NCBI GenBank assembly: GCA_049320885.1
Contig: JBMORA010000057.1
Coordinates: forward strand, 1-52,389
Length of the DNA: 52,389 nucleotides
Direction: 5' to 3'
Source of the DNA: Thermodesulfobacteriota bacterium
GTDB lineage: Bacteria; Desulfobacterota; Desulfobacteria; Desulfobacterales; SURF-7
Shown here: one piece after another, positions 29,091 to 39,099 of the stretch
Position numbering within the stretch: position 1 is the stretch's first letter
Layout: each line of letters opens with the position of its first letter
Notes under the pieces: model-generated
What the model was told of the DNA's origin: nothing
Database searches by the model: none
What the model saw: only the letters and a program-made list of their open reading frames with translations
Program-made: the position numbers and the translations under genes

Positions 29091-29765
29091 ATGAATAAGG
29101 TTTTGCAAATCAGCACCCTCGCCATACTTACATTGTTCTGGCCGGTCTTTACCATCGCGCTGGAGGCGCTTTCAGAAGATGAAATGTATGACACCTCCGG
29201 CCAGGCTAGCCCCACGGTTTCGATTAAATACAGCGATGATTTGACAGTGGATTATTTCAATCAGAACGTGGTGGTTTTCGAATCCAAGGGGGAAACCTCC
29301 ATCAGCTTTGATAAAGTTTACTACAAGGCCTCACCCGAAAGCACCACCTTCCTCGCCTTGGTTTGGCCCGACAGCGCTAAATTCATTCTAGAATTTGATA
29401 AATACCCGAATTACCCTCTGGGCATCGGCGTATCCGTTTCTGATATACTTCGAACCGGCCAGGACGGTAAACCCCTGTCCAAATTCTATGACCCGGGGGC
29501 GCCAGCCGCTCTTCCTGCCAACACCAGTTACCTGCGCACCAAACCGGCGCCCGCCACGGTTCGTACGGTCGCGAATAAATTTTATATTGCTCTGGCCAAA
29601 GGAGAAAGCGGCGTTGAAGGAGAACCGGATTGGGATGAGGCCGAAAAACACGGCAAACTGTTATACATTTATAATAGCGGTTCACAACGGATGGAAATTA
29701 TGGGATATGCATATGTTTGGGGGCGTGAAACCAGTTGGGGTTTGAAAAACCTGGGATCACGGTGA
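29091..29765 (+). CDS. Secreted protein with FilA/DUF6160-like N-terminal motif (divergent)
   Basis: Signal peptide then ALEALSEDEMYDTSGQAS. Confidence 0.65.
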   Translation: MNKVLQISTLAILTLFWPVFTIALEALSEDEMYDTSGQASPTVSIKYSDDLTVDYFNQNVVVFESKGETSISFDKVYYKASPESTTFLALVWPDSAKFILEFDKYPNYPLGIGVSVSDILRTGQDGKPLSKFYDPGAPAALPANTSYLRTKPAPATVRTVANKFYIALAKGESGVEGEPDWDEAEKHGKLLYIYNSGSQRMEIMGYAYVWGRETSWGLKNLGSR

Positions 29766-29789
29766 AGAATTGCCACCCAAAAAGTATGC

Positions 29790-29818
29790 TTGACTTTATC
29801 GTCGGTAAAGAGTATTAA
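29790..29818 (+). promoter_or_regulatory. Putative sigma70 promoter
   Basis: TTGACT-17 bp-TATTAA. Confidence 0.5.
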
Positions 29819-29883
29819 GGTGGACACAGGATCAGAAATATTACGGTTGACCTCGTAGTGTTTCTTTTTTTTGGCGAATGAAG

Positions 29884-29896
29884 TAAACAATGTTTA
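29884..29896. promoter_or_regulatory. Palindromic operator-like site, copy 2 (TAAACAATGTTTA)
   Basis: Perfect 6-1-6 palindrome, identical to the copy at 32243. Confidence 0.6.
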
Positions 29897-29940
29897 TAAC
29901 CGATAATATGGTTCCCAGGTCGAAGCGGGCAAATTGAACT

Positions 29941-31119
29941 ATGCGTTGTAATCCGACCATACAAATCAGGATCCTATTACCGATCTTCATATGGGCGATT
30001 CTATCGGTACCGCTTTCCCATGCCATTGAGGAATTGTCGGATATGGAGATGGAATCCATAACAGGTCAGGCAGGGGTCAGTATCTTTGTCACGACCATGA
30101 CCATCACCAATACCAATTCAAATTTTGTTATCTATGACACCGAGGGCGGTTCCATTGAATTCAGGCCGTTCACCTTGTCTCTCACCGCTGCTACAAGAAA
30201 TAAAACCTTTGATTTGGATTTATTTCATTATAATGAATGGTATGATGCGGAAACCACTTTTGTCGATACCTGGTCGGGGGGCACCCGCAATCTCACGGTC
30301 CAGCACCCGCTCTATGATCATGTCATTATCAACGGCTCCATTGAGAACATGGATCTGACCGTCAATGCATCCATGGACGATCTGTTTTTCAACAGCATCA
30401 ACATCGGCAAGCTGGATCTGACCAATCTGCGGGTTTCCGATGCCGCCATCAACGTGTTTCAACACAACGGCACCGGTATCGACGCCACGTTCAAAACCCG
30501 CTTCACCATCGACCAGATCGCCTACACCTACGACGACGAACAAAGCATTGACCCACGGGAACGCCTGCAATTCACCGGCATCACCGCCGCCGGCACCTTT
30601 GGCGGCGACCCCCTGCCGAGCTATGGGGATACCGTCAGTCCCGGTACCCCCATCAACACCGGAACCTGGACACCCACGGGGTATTTCGAAATCGGACAAC
30701 TCCAGCCGGTCTGGTCGTCGGCATTCGTCGATGACCCGCTTCTCCAGGACGATGCCCCCGAAGCGTCCCTGAATTCGTTCTCCATTGATTTCAAGGAAGA
30801 CAATTCTCCCTTCATCCGGCGGCAGTTCATCGTCGACTGGCAGGGCAACTACAACCCCGATCCGGACGGCTATATCGGTGACGGAACCACCACCCCGCAT
30901 ATTGCCAATGATCGGGAAAACGAAGTGTATGTCGATCTGGGGCTTCCGCTGAAAGGCTCCATCCGGTTTGAAACCAGTGTAAGATACTATGGCGGCGGAC
31001 CCGCCACCGAAGCGGATTACGGCCCTTCGGCCATCGACGGCATCAGCGGGTACACCCGCATCGAGGCCCCGGGATACGGGATTGGAAATTCACCCACGAC
31101 ATCAACATTATATGAATAG
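29941..31119 (+). CDS. Secreted FilA/DUF6160-like protein
   Basis: Signal peptide (..VPLSHA) then IEELSDMEMESITGQAGVSI; acidic, beta-rich body (IGKLDLTNL, YTYD). Confidence 0.72.
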   Translation: MRCNPTIQIRILLPIFIWAILSVPLSHAIEELSDMEMESITGQAGVSIFVTTMTITNTNSNFVIYDTEGGSIEFRPFTLSLTAATRNKTFDLDLFHYNEWYDAETTFVDTWSGGTRNLTVQHPLYDHVIINGSIENMDLTVNASMDDLFFNSINIGKLDLTNLRVSDAAINVFQHNGTGIDATFKTRFTIDQIAYTYDDEQSIDPRERLQFTGITAAGTFGGDPLPSYGDTVSPGTPINTGTWTPTGYFEIGQLQPVWSSAFVDDPLLQDDAPEASLNSFSIDFKEDNSPFIRRQFIVDWQGNYNPDPDGYIGDGTTTPHIANDRENEVYVDLGLPLKGSIRFETSVRYYGGGPATEADYGPSAIDGISGYTRIEAPGYGIGNSPTTSTLYE

Positions 31120-31145
31120 AGGCATACGATAAAACAGGCTGCCAT

Positions 31146-32057
31146 ATGGATTGGACCGTGAATCTCAGACATCGCTTATCGGGTTTCCGCAAAACAGGTA
31201 TCGTGACCTTCGCGATCCTGTCCCTGCTGGTTGCCGCACCGGTATCGGCGGAACTCTCACCGTTGAGCGACACGGAAATGGACACCATCACCGGCAGGCA
31301 GGGGTTGTCCGAATTCACCATCGAAGGCAATACTGCCCGGATATTTTTCGACATCCATGTTGAAACCTATATGGAGGTGGATTCCCTCAAACTGGGTTAT
31401 TATCAGAAATCGGATGCCGGTGTCGGCACCACCGGCGATTTGAACACCGCCAAATGGAGCGCCCTGGGAACCAAATCCTATAACAACAATTACGCCTATG
31501 TCCGTGAATTCGGGTCATCCGGACCCAACCTGTTTGAAGGCCTCCAGGGCGACGGCCAGAACATGAACACCCACGATTGGGACATCAACTGGGAAAATGT
31601 GAAACTCGGTAAAAGCAAAACCGAACCGTTGATCATCAACGGCCTCATCATGCAGGTTGAATTTGACGATATCAACGCCACCGATAAAAAATTGAAACGG
31701 GTGGTGATGGGTACCAACGACATGCAAGGGCAACTGAGCGCTGACATGCTGCGCACCACCGGTTTGATCAACCCGATGACCACCACGGACAGCCAGGCCC
31801 GGGCCCTTGCCAGCACCAATCCGGCCGACGGGAATCCGCTGCTCCTGAAACGCGACAGTCTCGGCAGCAACTGGGACAACTATGTTCTCAATGCCGGCGA
31901 TCACGATACCGGTTTCTGGGTTATCCTCAATTTCGGTTCCGGCCCCAGCGGTGAAACCGATCATATCGGCTGGGAGATCATCTCCGGATATGACGAACGG
32001 GCCGTCAACTTCAGTTACAAGGACGGCATCGAGAATGTCGACCTGTCCGGATATTAA
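31146..32057 (+). CDS. Secreted protein with FilA/DUF6160-like N-terminal motif
   Basis: Signal peptide (..APVSA) then ELSPLSDTEMDTITGRQG; IHVETYMEVDSLKLGYY...WDINWENVKLG. Confidence 0.68.
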   Translation: MDWTVNLRHRLSGFRKTGIVTFAILSLLVAAPVSAELSPLSDTEMDTITGRQGLSEFTIEGNTARIFFDIHVETYMEVDSLKLGYYQKSDAGVGTTGDLNTAKWSALGTKSYNNNYAYVREFGSSGPNLFEGLQGDGQNMNTHDWDINWENVKLGKSKTEPLIINGLIMQVEFDDINATDKKLKRVVMGTNDMQGQLSADMLRTTGLINPMTTTDSQARALASTNPADGNPLLLKRDSLGSNWDNYVLNAGDHDTGFWVILNFGSGPSGETDHIGWEIISGYDERAVNFSYKDGIENVDLSGY

Positions 32058-32164
32058 CCGACAACCAGCGGTTCCATCGAGCATTAATCCCATCCCCTGT
32101 GAACTCTTTCCCCATAAAGTTCTCAACCCTCCTGTTTTGATATACAATTCGACAATCTTCCTTC

Positions 32165-32195
32165 ATTCGTAATTCGTAATTCGCAATTCGCAATT
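32165..32195. repeat. Heptamer tandem repeat (AATTCGY)x~4.4
   Basis: attcgt aattcgt aattcgc aattcgc aatt, just upstream of the putative promoter. Confidence 0.8.
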
Positions 32196-32215
32196 GCCTT
32201 TCCCCGCTTTTTCTC

Positions 32216-32244
32216 TTGACTGGCAAACGCATTTTTTTTATATA
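32216..32244 (+). promoter_or_regulatory. Putative sigma70 promoter of the large surface-protein gene
   Basis: TTGACT-17 bp-TATATA. Confidence 0.5.
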
Positions 32245-32255
32245 AACAATGTTTA
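32243..32255. promoter_or_regulatory. Palindromic operator-like site, copy 3 (TAAACAATGTTTA)
   Basis: Perfect palindrome overlapping the putative -10/+1 region. Confidence 0.6.
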
Positions 32256-32339
32256 CACCCAAAATCCAACCAGGGACCGACCTGTTTGCCCCATCCAACC
32301 GGTGGTCTTGTGACATAATTGCCATGTAAGGATTGCACC

Positions 32340-35300
32340 ATGCGCCTTTTGCTAAACCAGAAAAAAATATATCCCCTTCTTGCCTGTCTGCTGCTGATTC
32401 TGTGCATGTTTCATCCCGCTTACGGCGGCGAACATGCTTTTCTGTATGACACAACCGAAGGCATGGTCGAACTGGGCACCCTGGGAGGCGACGAAAGCTT
32501 CGCGCTGGATATCAACAACAACGGTGCCGTGACTGGTTTCTCCAACCTGGCGGTGGGCGGTTCCAACGCCCATGCTTTTATATGGGTGGACAATATCAGC
32601 GGCGGTACCATGACCGACATCCATACGCTGACCGGCACGCAAAGCGTGGGCCGGGCCTTGAACGATTCCAACCAGGTCGTGGGTCAATTCCGAAACACCG
32701 CCGGGAAAGACCGGGCCTTTATTTGGGACAGCACCAACGGCATGCGGGATATCATCGGCACCCTCGGCGGCGACTCCAGCCAGGCATACGATATCAACAG
32801 TACCGGCCGCGTGGTGGGTTATTCCAAAACCGCCGGTGGATTCACCCATGCATTTATCTGGGACGAGGTGGGCGGAATCCGGGATATCGGCACCTTGACC
32901 GGGGGAACGGAAAGCTATGCCTATGGCATCAACAATTCCGGTCTTGTGGTTGGCTACTCTAATAAAACCGGCTCTTCCAGCACATTCTATCTGTTCACCT
33001 GGGACAGTTCCAACCCAGCCAATCCATTGGTGGACCGCGGCGTGATCATCGGCGAGCGTTTGAAAAACCTGGGAATCAATACCGCCGGACAGATCGGCGG
33101 TCACTACCTGGCCTCTTCCCCCAACTCCCATGGTTTCTTTTATAATGGTGCACTGACGGATATCGGCGTCCTGCCCGGCGACAACCGCAGCCTGGCCTTT
33201 GCCATCAACGATTCCGGAAGGGTCGTCGGCTATTCGCTGCCTTCCAACCATGGAATTCTCTGGGACGGCACCGGCGGACTGGTGGACTTCAGCGCCCCGT
33301 TCCTTGGCGGCGAGGACCGCTGTTTTGCCTACAGCATCAACAACAGCGGTCAGATCGTGGGGGCCAAAACCCCCAATGCCCCGCCGAACCCGCCGGTTTT
33401 TCTTTATCCCACGGACGGCGCCACCGGCATCGCCTTGACTGTCACCATCCAGACGGATGCCTTTTACGATCCGGACATGGATGACCCCACAACACCGGAC
33501 GACACCCACGGCCGGACCCGCTGGCAGATCAGTACCGTGCCGTTTGCCCCCCCCCCGACGGCCACCGATATGGTCATGGACATTACCAGCAGCACCCTGC
33601 TGACCTCTTTGACAGTACCCGTTTCCCTGCTGCGGGAAAACACCCGATATTATCTTCGTGCCTGCTTTTACGACAGCCGCGGGGCCCGCTCCGATTGGAC
33701 GGCCATTTCGTTCACAACGGCAACCATCGGCGACGACCTGCTGCCGAGCGGAGGCAACGGCGTACCGGACACCCAGGATGTGGATGCCACCGTGGATATG
33801 GATGCCAACAGTGTCCCGGATATCAACCAGACGGATCTCCGGGCGGTGAATACGCTCGTGGGCCAGGGCCGGATCGCCATCAAGCACCTTGCCAATGTCA
33901 CGGCCATCAACGGTTTCCGCTCCATTGATCCGGCAACCATTACCGATATGACCAATCGCCCGGAAATGATCCCCCTGGGCTTGATCAGCTGCCGCCTGGC
34001 GGTAACGACCCCGGGCGCCACGGCCCGGATAACCGTCTACCTCTCCGATCCGTCGCCCAACGGTGAATGGCATAAATACAATACCATTGACGGCTGGCAG
34101 AATTATACCTCCCATGCCGTATTCACCACTCCCGTTGAACTGACCCTGGAACTCCAGGACGGTGGTTTCGGTGACGCGGATGGCGCCGCCAACGGAGTCA
34201 TTATCGATCCCTCCGGATTCGCCTTCGCCGCTTCCCCCAATCCGCCTGCTACGCCGATTCCGGTTTCACCGGCAAACGGCGCCGTCAATGTGGATCTGGC
34301 GCCGACCCTGCAGACCGGACCATTCAATGATCCGGATGGCAACAGCCATTACCGTACGGAATGGGAAGTCAGTACGGATTCAGGTTTCAGCAGTCCGGTT
34401 TTCAGCTCCCGCACCACCACGGATCTGACAACCATCACCCTGCCGGAAGGAACCCTGGCCTCCTCGACCACCTATTACTGGCGGGTCCGGTTCACCGATA
34501 ACTATTATGCCGTCTCCAACTGGTCCGCGGTTTCCTCCTTTACAACCCTGAACATTCCTCCGGCCGCACCCGGGCCGGTTTCTCCGGCCGATGATGCCGT
34601 GGATGTGAGCCGCCTGCCGACCCTGACCACCGGAGCTTATTCCGATCCGGAAGGGAATCCTCATACCCAGACCCAATGGCAGCTCAGCCTGACGGAAGAT
34701 TTCGCAGCGCCCGCTTATGACCTTACCAGCAGCACGGATCTGACGACCCACACCGTACCCCTTGCGTCCATCCTGGACCGCGGCACCTTGTATTTCTGGC
34801 GGGTGCGCTTTTATGACGACCAGGGCAGCATATCGGACTGGTCCACGGTTTTCTCCTTCACCACAACCTCCAATACATTGCCGGAACAACCAAGCCCGGT
34901 GGCGCCGCTTGATGCGGCCGCGGATGTCGGCACGATGGCGAATCTTGAGGCTTCCGCTTACTCGGACCTGGACGGTGACAGCCATTTCCAGACCCAGTGG
35001 CAAATCAGCACCTCCTCCGACTTTTCCGCCCTTATCTTGGACGTCATAAGCGACACGCATCTGACAACACTAACGGTGCCGGATGTGGTGCTGAATGGCG
35101 GCGCCCTGTATTACTGGCGTACCCGCTATTACGACAACCAGATTCCGGCCGGTGAATCCGCCTGGTCGGCGGTTTTTTCCTTTACCACCACCGCCGACTC
35201 CGGTGACGCCAACGCCAACGGTATCCCGGACACCCAGGAAGTTTCCGGTCAAACGGATCTGGACGGAAACGGAACCCCGGATATCAACCAGAACGATATC

Positions 35301-38300
35301 AAATCCTTCAACACCCTGTTGGGTGAAGCCGGCATCGGCGTGAAGGGCGCCAACTCTATTTCGGCCGTTACGGCGGCCAAATCCGTTGATCCCGCCGCAA
35401 TAACCGACGCTACAGGCAGACCGGCCGTGATCCCGCTGGGTCTTTTCGGATTCCGCGCGACCACGGTCAATCCAGGGGATACCGGCGAAATTCAGCTCTA
35501 CCTCTCCATTCCGCTGCCGTCAACGGCATGGTATGCCTATGACACGGTTTCCGGCTGGCAGGATCTCAGCTCCCGGATAGCGTTCAGCCCCGGCAACACC
35601 TTGGCGACCCTGACCATCCAGGACGGCGGCATCGGAGATGCCGATGGCGCCGCCAACGGCGCCATAGTCCATCTCGGCTGCTTCGGTTATCCGGTCTCCA
35701 ATCCTCCGGATCAACCGCTTACGGTCAGTCCCCTGAACGGCGCATCCGGGGTGTCCCTTTCCCCATCCCTGGAAACAGGTCCTTTTACCGATCCGGATCT
35801 GAACATGCATTTCAGCACCCAGTGGCAGGTATCCACGGATCCGCTGTTTGCGACAACGGATTATTCCACCGCCAGCCTGACGGCCCTCACCCTGTTGGCG
35901 GTGCCGGAAGGCACCCTCTCCTCCAACACCACTTATTACTGGCGAGCGCGATATTATGACGCGGACTGTGCCGTTTCAGCCTGGTCCACGACGGTTTCCT
36001 TCACCACGCTGAACCTGCCGCCGGTTTCGCCGATCCTAGCCGCACCAGCGGATACCACCACCGAGGTCAGCCGCATTCCGGCTTTATCCACGGATGGGAC
36101 CTACAGTGACCCGGAAGGGAATCCCCACGCCCAGACACAGTGGCAGATTTGTGCCACGGACGATTTCACGACCCCGGTCTATGACCTTACCAGCAATACG
36201 GATCTGACGACCCATACCGTGCCGGTGGCATCCATCCTGAATCGTACCACGCTCTATTACTGGAGGGCGCGCTTCATCGACGATCAGGGCAGCCTCTCGA
36301 GCTGGTCAGCGGTTTTTTCCTTCACCACAACCGCCAACACGCCGCCGGATCAGCCGACCCTGGTCTCGCCTGCGGATGCATCCATAGATGCCAACACAAC
36401 CCCGATCCTTCAGACAAACGCCTTTACGGATCTGGACGGAGACACCCATCTGATGACCGACTGGCAAATCAGTACCGCCTCGGACTTCGCAAATCTTTTG
36501 TACAATAACCAGAGTTCCGGCAACCTGACCTCCATTTCCATTCCGGATATGATTCTGAATGGCGGCTCCTTGTATTATTGGCGCGCGCGACATTACGACA
36601 ATCAGACACCCAGTGGCGTTTCTCCATGGTCCTTGCCGTTTACGTTTACAACAGTGAATCAGGCTGCTGATATCAACGCCAACGGAATTCCGGATACCCA
36701 GGAAGTGCCGGCCTATGTCGACCTGGACGCCGACGGCACGCCGGATATCAACCAGATCGATATCAAATCCGTCCAGACCCTGGTGGGCGGCGGCCGGATC
36801 GGTGTCAAGACAGCCGGCGGCGTAACCGGTATCAGTAGCGCCAAATCCGTTGATCCGACTAGCATCACGGATACGACCAGTCGACCGGAAGTCATGCCCA
36901 TCGGTTTGATCGGTTTCAAGGCCGCCGTGGCAGCCCCCGGTGATACAGGAACCGTTACGGTCTATCTGTCCGATCCCGCACCGATCAGCGCCTGGTACCA
37001 CTACAGCGCAGACAGCGGATGGCTGGATCTCAGTTCCCAGGCGGTATTTAACGCGGAACGGGATATGGTGACCCTGACAATCCAGGACGGCGGGACAGGC
37101 GATGCGGATCACATCGCCAATGGAGTGATCGTTCATCTTGGCGGCTTCGGTTTCGCCGCTTCCTCTCCGCCGGAACAACCCGCCTTGTCGTCCCCGGCAA
37201 ACGGAACCGTGGATGAAAGCCTATCCCCGGCCCTTGCAGCCGGTGCATTCACCGATCCGGAAGGCAACAGTCATTACAGAACCCAATGGCAGGTCAGTAC
37301 CGCCTCGGATTTCAGTTCTCTGGTTATGGACATTAACACAACCATTCATTTGACCCAGATAACCATCCCGGCCACCGTGTTAAACCAGAACACGCTTTAC
37401 TACTGGCGTGTTCGGTACACGGACAATTATTATGCCGTATCGTCATGGTCGGCGGCTTTCACCTTCACCACCATCCTTACCAATGACGATGCCAACGCCG
37501 ACAGCGTTCCCGATCTTCTGGAACTCGATCCGGCCATCGATATGGATGTGGATTTGGACAACAACGACACGGCCGATCTCGGCCAGACGGATATCAAATG
37601 TCTGCAAAGTCTGGTCGGCGTCTTTGGCAATGAGATGATCGGCGTTAAACAAACCGCCGACGTGACCGGCATCCTCCGCATCAATTCCATCGATCCGGCC
37701 GGCATTGCGGATACCGCCGGACGGCCGGGAGTATTGCCCTTCGGTCTGATCAGCATGAAACTGGCCGTGGTAAACGCCGGTCAGAATGCTCAGGTTGAGA
37801 TTTACTTCTCCGATCCGGCTCCCCTGTCGGCCTGGTATACCTATGATACCGTTGATGGTTGGCGCGACATGACCCACCTCGCCACTTTCAGCGCCGACCG
37901 CAAAACCGTCACCCTGACCATCCAGGACGGCGGTTACGGCGATCATGACGGCGCAACCAACGGTATGATCGTGCATACTGGCGGGTTCGGCTTCCCGGCT
38001 TCTGCCAATGCACCGGCAGTTCCCGGCATTGCCGTGCCCGGCGACGGCTCATTGACACCCGCTTTGCAAGCCGGCGCGTTCGCGGATTTGGATGGGGATT
38101 CCCATTTCAAAACCCACTGGCAGGTGAGCACCACGGACAATTTTTCAACTTTGGTGCTGGACAGGATCACCGGCCCGGTCACCTCGCTGGCCATCCCTTA
38201 TGGGATGCTGACCGCCGGGACGACATATTATTGGCGGGCCCAATTCTACGACAATTATTATACCGCCTCCGGCTGGCCGGTTGCGGCGGGGTTCACCACT

Positions 38301-38897
38301 GGAACCGATCCGAACGATCTCAATACAAACGGCATCCCGGATGCCCAGGAAGTGGATGCCGGGATTGACCTGGATGGGAACGGCACTGCGGACAACGCCC
38401 AGACGGATATCAAGTCCGTCAATACGATCATCGGCGGGGGCCAGATGGGGATTAAAGCCTCCACCAATGTCTTCTCCATCGATGCGATCCAATCCGTGGA
38501 CCCGGCGACATTGCCGGACGGTGGCGACGGCAAGCCGGCCAGCATGCCCCTCGGTATCCTGGACTTTCGCATTACCGTAACGACACCCGGGGATACCGCC
38601 CAGGTGGTCGTATATTTCTCCCAGGCCGCTCCGGCGGCCGAATGGTTCAAATATGATCCCATCAGCAGTTGGACGAATTATTCAAACCATGCCGTTTTCG
38701 CCGCCGATATGCTGTCCGTCACCTTGACATTGAAAGACGGCGCCTTCGGCGATGCAGACGGGGTTGCCAACGGAATCATTATCGATCCCTCCGGTCCTGG
38801 AAAGCTGGTAGTGGATCCGGTCAATCCCAGCCCGGGCGGCAGTGGAGATACGGACAGCGGCGGCGGATGCTTTATCAGCAGTATGCTGCATGACTGA
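32340..38897 (+). CDS. Large secreted repeat protein / putative adhesin: HAF repeats, 9 FN3-like modules, 5 choice-of-anchor-U-like domains, C-terminal GGGCFISS sorting motif
   Basis: Signal peptide; ~7 HAF-type repeats (GTLGG..S.A.DIN..G.VVG..HAFIW); P..P..SP...TQWQ.S...F...YYWR.R modules; five LT.xDG..GD.D...NG.I domains; Gly/Ser linker + GGGCFISS at the C-terminus. Start ATG 32340 preferred. Confidence 0.85.
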   Translation: MRLLLNQKKIYPLLACLLLILCMFHPAYGGEHAFLYDTTEGMVELGTLGGDESFALDINNNGAVTGFSNLAVGGSNAHAFIWVDNISGGTMTDIHTLTGTQSVGRALNDSNQVVGQFRNTAGKDRAFIWDSTNGMRDIIGTLGGDSSQAYDINSTGRVVGYSKTAGGFTHAFIWDEVGGIRDIGTLTGGTESYAYGINNSGLVVGYSNKTGSSSTFYLFTWDSSNPANPLVDRGVIIGERLKNLGINTAGQIGGHYLASSPNSHGFFYNGALTDIGVLPGDNRSLAFAINDSGRVVGYSLPSNHGILWDGTGGLVDFSAPFLGGEDRCFAYSINNSGQIVGAKTPNAPPNPPVFLYPTDGATGIALTVTIQTDAFYDPDMDDPTTPDDTHGRTRWQISTVPFAPPPTATDMVMDITSSTLLTSLTVPVSLLRENTRYYLRACFYDSRGARSDWTAISFTTATIGDDLLPSGGNGVPDTQDVDATVDMDANSVPDINQTDLRAVNTLVGQGRIAIKHLANVTAINGFRSIDPATITDMTNRPEMIPLGLISCRLAVTTPGATARITVYLSDPSPNGEWHKYNTIDGWQNYTSHAVFTTPVELTLELQDGGFGDADGAANGVIIDPSGFAFAASPNPPATPIPVSPANGAVNVDLAPTLQTGPFNDPDGNSHYRTEWEVSTDSGFSSPVFSSRTTTDLTTITLPEGTLASSTTYYWRVRFTDNYYAVSNWSAVSSFTTLNIPPAAPGPVSPADDAVDVSRLPTLTTGAYSDPEGNPHTQTQWQLSLTEDFAAPAYDLTSSTDLTTHTVPLASILDRGTLYFWRVRFYDDQGSISDWSTVFSFTTTSNTLPEQPSPVAPLDAAADVGTMANLEASAYSDLDGDSHFQTQWQISTSSDFSALILDVISDTHLTTLTVPDVVLNGGALYYWRTRYYDNQIPAGESAWSAVFSFTTTADSGDANANGIPDTQEVSGQTDLDGNGTPDINQNDIKSFNTLLGEAGIGVKGANSISAVTAAKSVDPAAITDATGRPAVIPLGLFGFRATTVNPGDTGEIQLYLSIPLPSTAWYAYDTVSGWQDLSSRIAFSPGNTLATLTIQDGGIGDADGAANGAIVHLGCFGYPVSNPPDQPLTVSPLNGASGVSLSPSLETGPFTDPDLNMHFSTQWQVSTDPLFATTDYSTASLTALTLLAVPEGTLSSNTTYYWRARYYDADCAVSAWSTTVSFTTLNLPPVSPILAAPADTTTEVSRIPALSTDGTYSDPEGNPHAQTQWQICATDDFTTPVYDLTSNTDLTTHTVPVASILNRTTLYYWRARFIDDQGSLSSWSAVFSFTTTANTPPDQPTLVSPADASIDANTTPILQTNAFTDLDGDTHLMTDWQISTASDFANLLYNNQSSGNLTSISIPDMILNGGSLYYWRARHYDNQTPSGVSPWSLPFTFTTVNQAADINANGIPDTQEVPAYVDLDADGTPDINQIDIKSVQTLVGGGRIGVKTAGGVTGISSAKSVDPTSITDTTSRPEVMPIGLIGFKAAVAAPGDTGTVTVYLSDPAPISAWYHYSADSGWLDLSSQAVFNAERDMVTLTIQDGGTGDADHIANGVIVHLGGFGFAASSPPEQPALSSPANGTVDESLSPALAAGAFTDPEGNSHYRTQWQVSTASDFSSLVMDINTTIHLTQITIPATVLNQNTLYYWRVRYTDNYYAVSSWSAAFTFTTILTNDDANADSVPDLLELDPAIDMDVDLDNNDTADLGQTDIKCLQSLVGVFGNEMIGVKQTADVTGILRINSIDPAGIADTAGRPGVLPFGLISMKLAVVNAGQNAQVEIYFSDPAPLSAWYTYDTVDGWRDMTHLATFSADRKTVTLTIQDGGYGDHDGATNGMIVHTGGFGFPASANAPAVPGIAVPGDGSLTPALQAGAFADLDGDSHFKTHWQVSTTDNFSTLVLDRITGPVTSLAIPYGMLTAGTTYYWRAQFYDNYYTASGWPVAAGFTTGTDPNDLNTNGIPDAQEVDAGIDLDGNGTADNAQTDIKSVNTIIGGGQMGIKASTNVFSIDAIQSVDPATLPDGGDGKPASMPLGILDFRITVTTPGDTAQVVVYFSQAAPAAEWFKYDPISSWTNYSNHAVFAADMLSVTLTLKDGAFGDADGVANGIIIDPSGPGKLVVDPVNPSPGGSGDTDSGGGCFISSMLHD

Positions 38898-38899
38898 GG

Positions 38900-39004
38900 A
38901 AAAAGTTGCAACACTAACATACTGTAACGTCTGATGAGCGCCCGGGAAGATCGGAATTCATATCTTTCCAAATTCTCAGGGCGTTCCCGGGTGTGCAACT
39001 TTTT
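38900..39004. repeat. Nested intergenic inverted repeat (~105 bp)
   Basis: AAAAAGTTGCA (38900-38910) / TGCAACTTTTT (38994-39004), with inner CCCGGGAA (38941-48) / TTCCCGGG (38984-91). Confidence 0.6.
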
Positions 39005-39039
39005 TCTTTACAATTTATTGGCTAATTGATATAGACACT

Positions 39040-39052
39040 TAAACAGTGTTCA
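39040..39052. promoter_or_regulatory. Palindromic operator-like site, copy 4 (TAAACAGTGTTCA)
   Basis: One arm mismatch to TAAACA-N-TGTTTA; ~50 bp upstream of the C39 peptidase start. Confidence 0.55.
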
Positions 39053-39099
39053 TTGCAGTTAATCAAGTTTGTAGATCGTTTCCCGGAGTTGCCCAACAT

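Noticed and set aside
28283..32057. Type IV pilins or curli/Fap amyloid subunits
   Set aside because: No class III signal peptide (G|FxxxE) and no Asn/Gln-rich imperfect amyloid repeats visible.
32352..34115. 587-aa antisense ORF and other long antisense ORFs (e.g. 36306-37178, 47764-48858, 46161-46949)
   Set aside because: They mirror well-supported genes on the opposite strand, as expected from codon bias, and carry no recognisable motifs.
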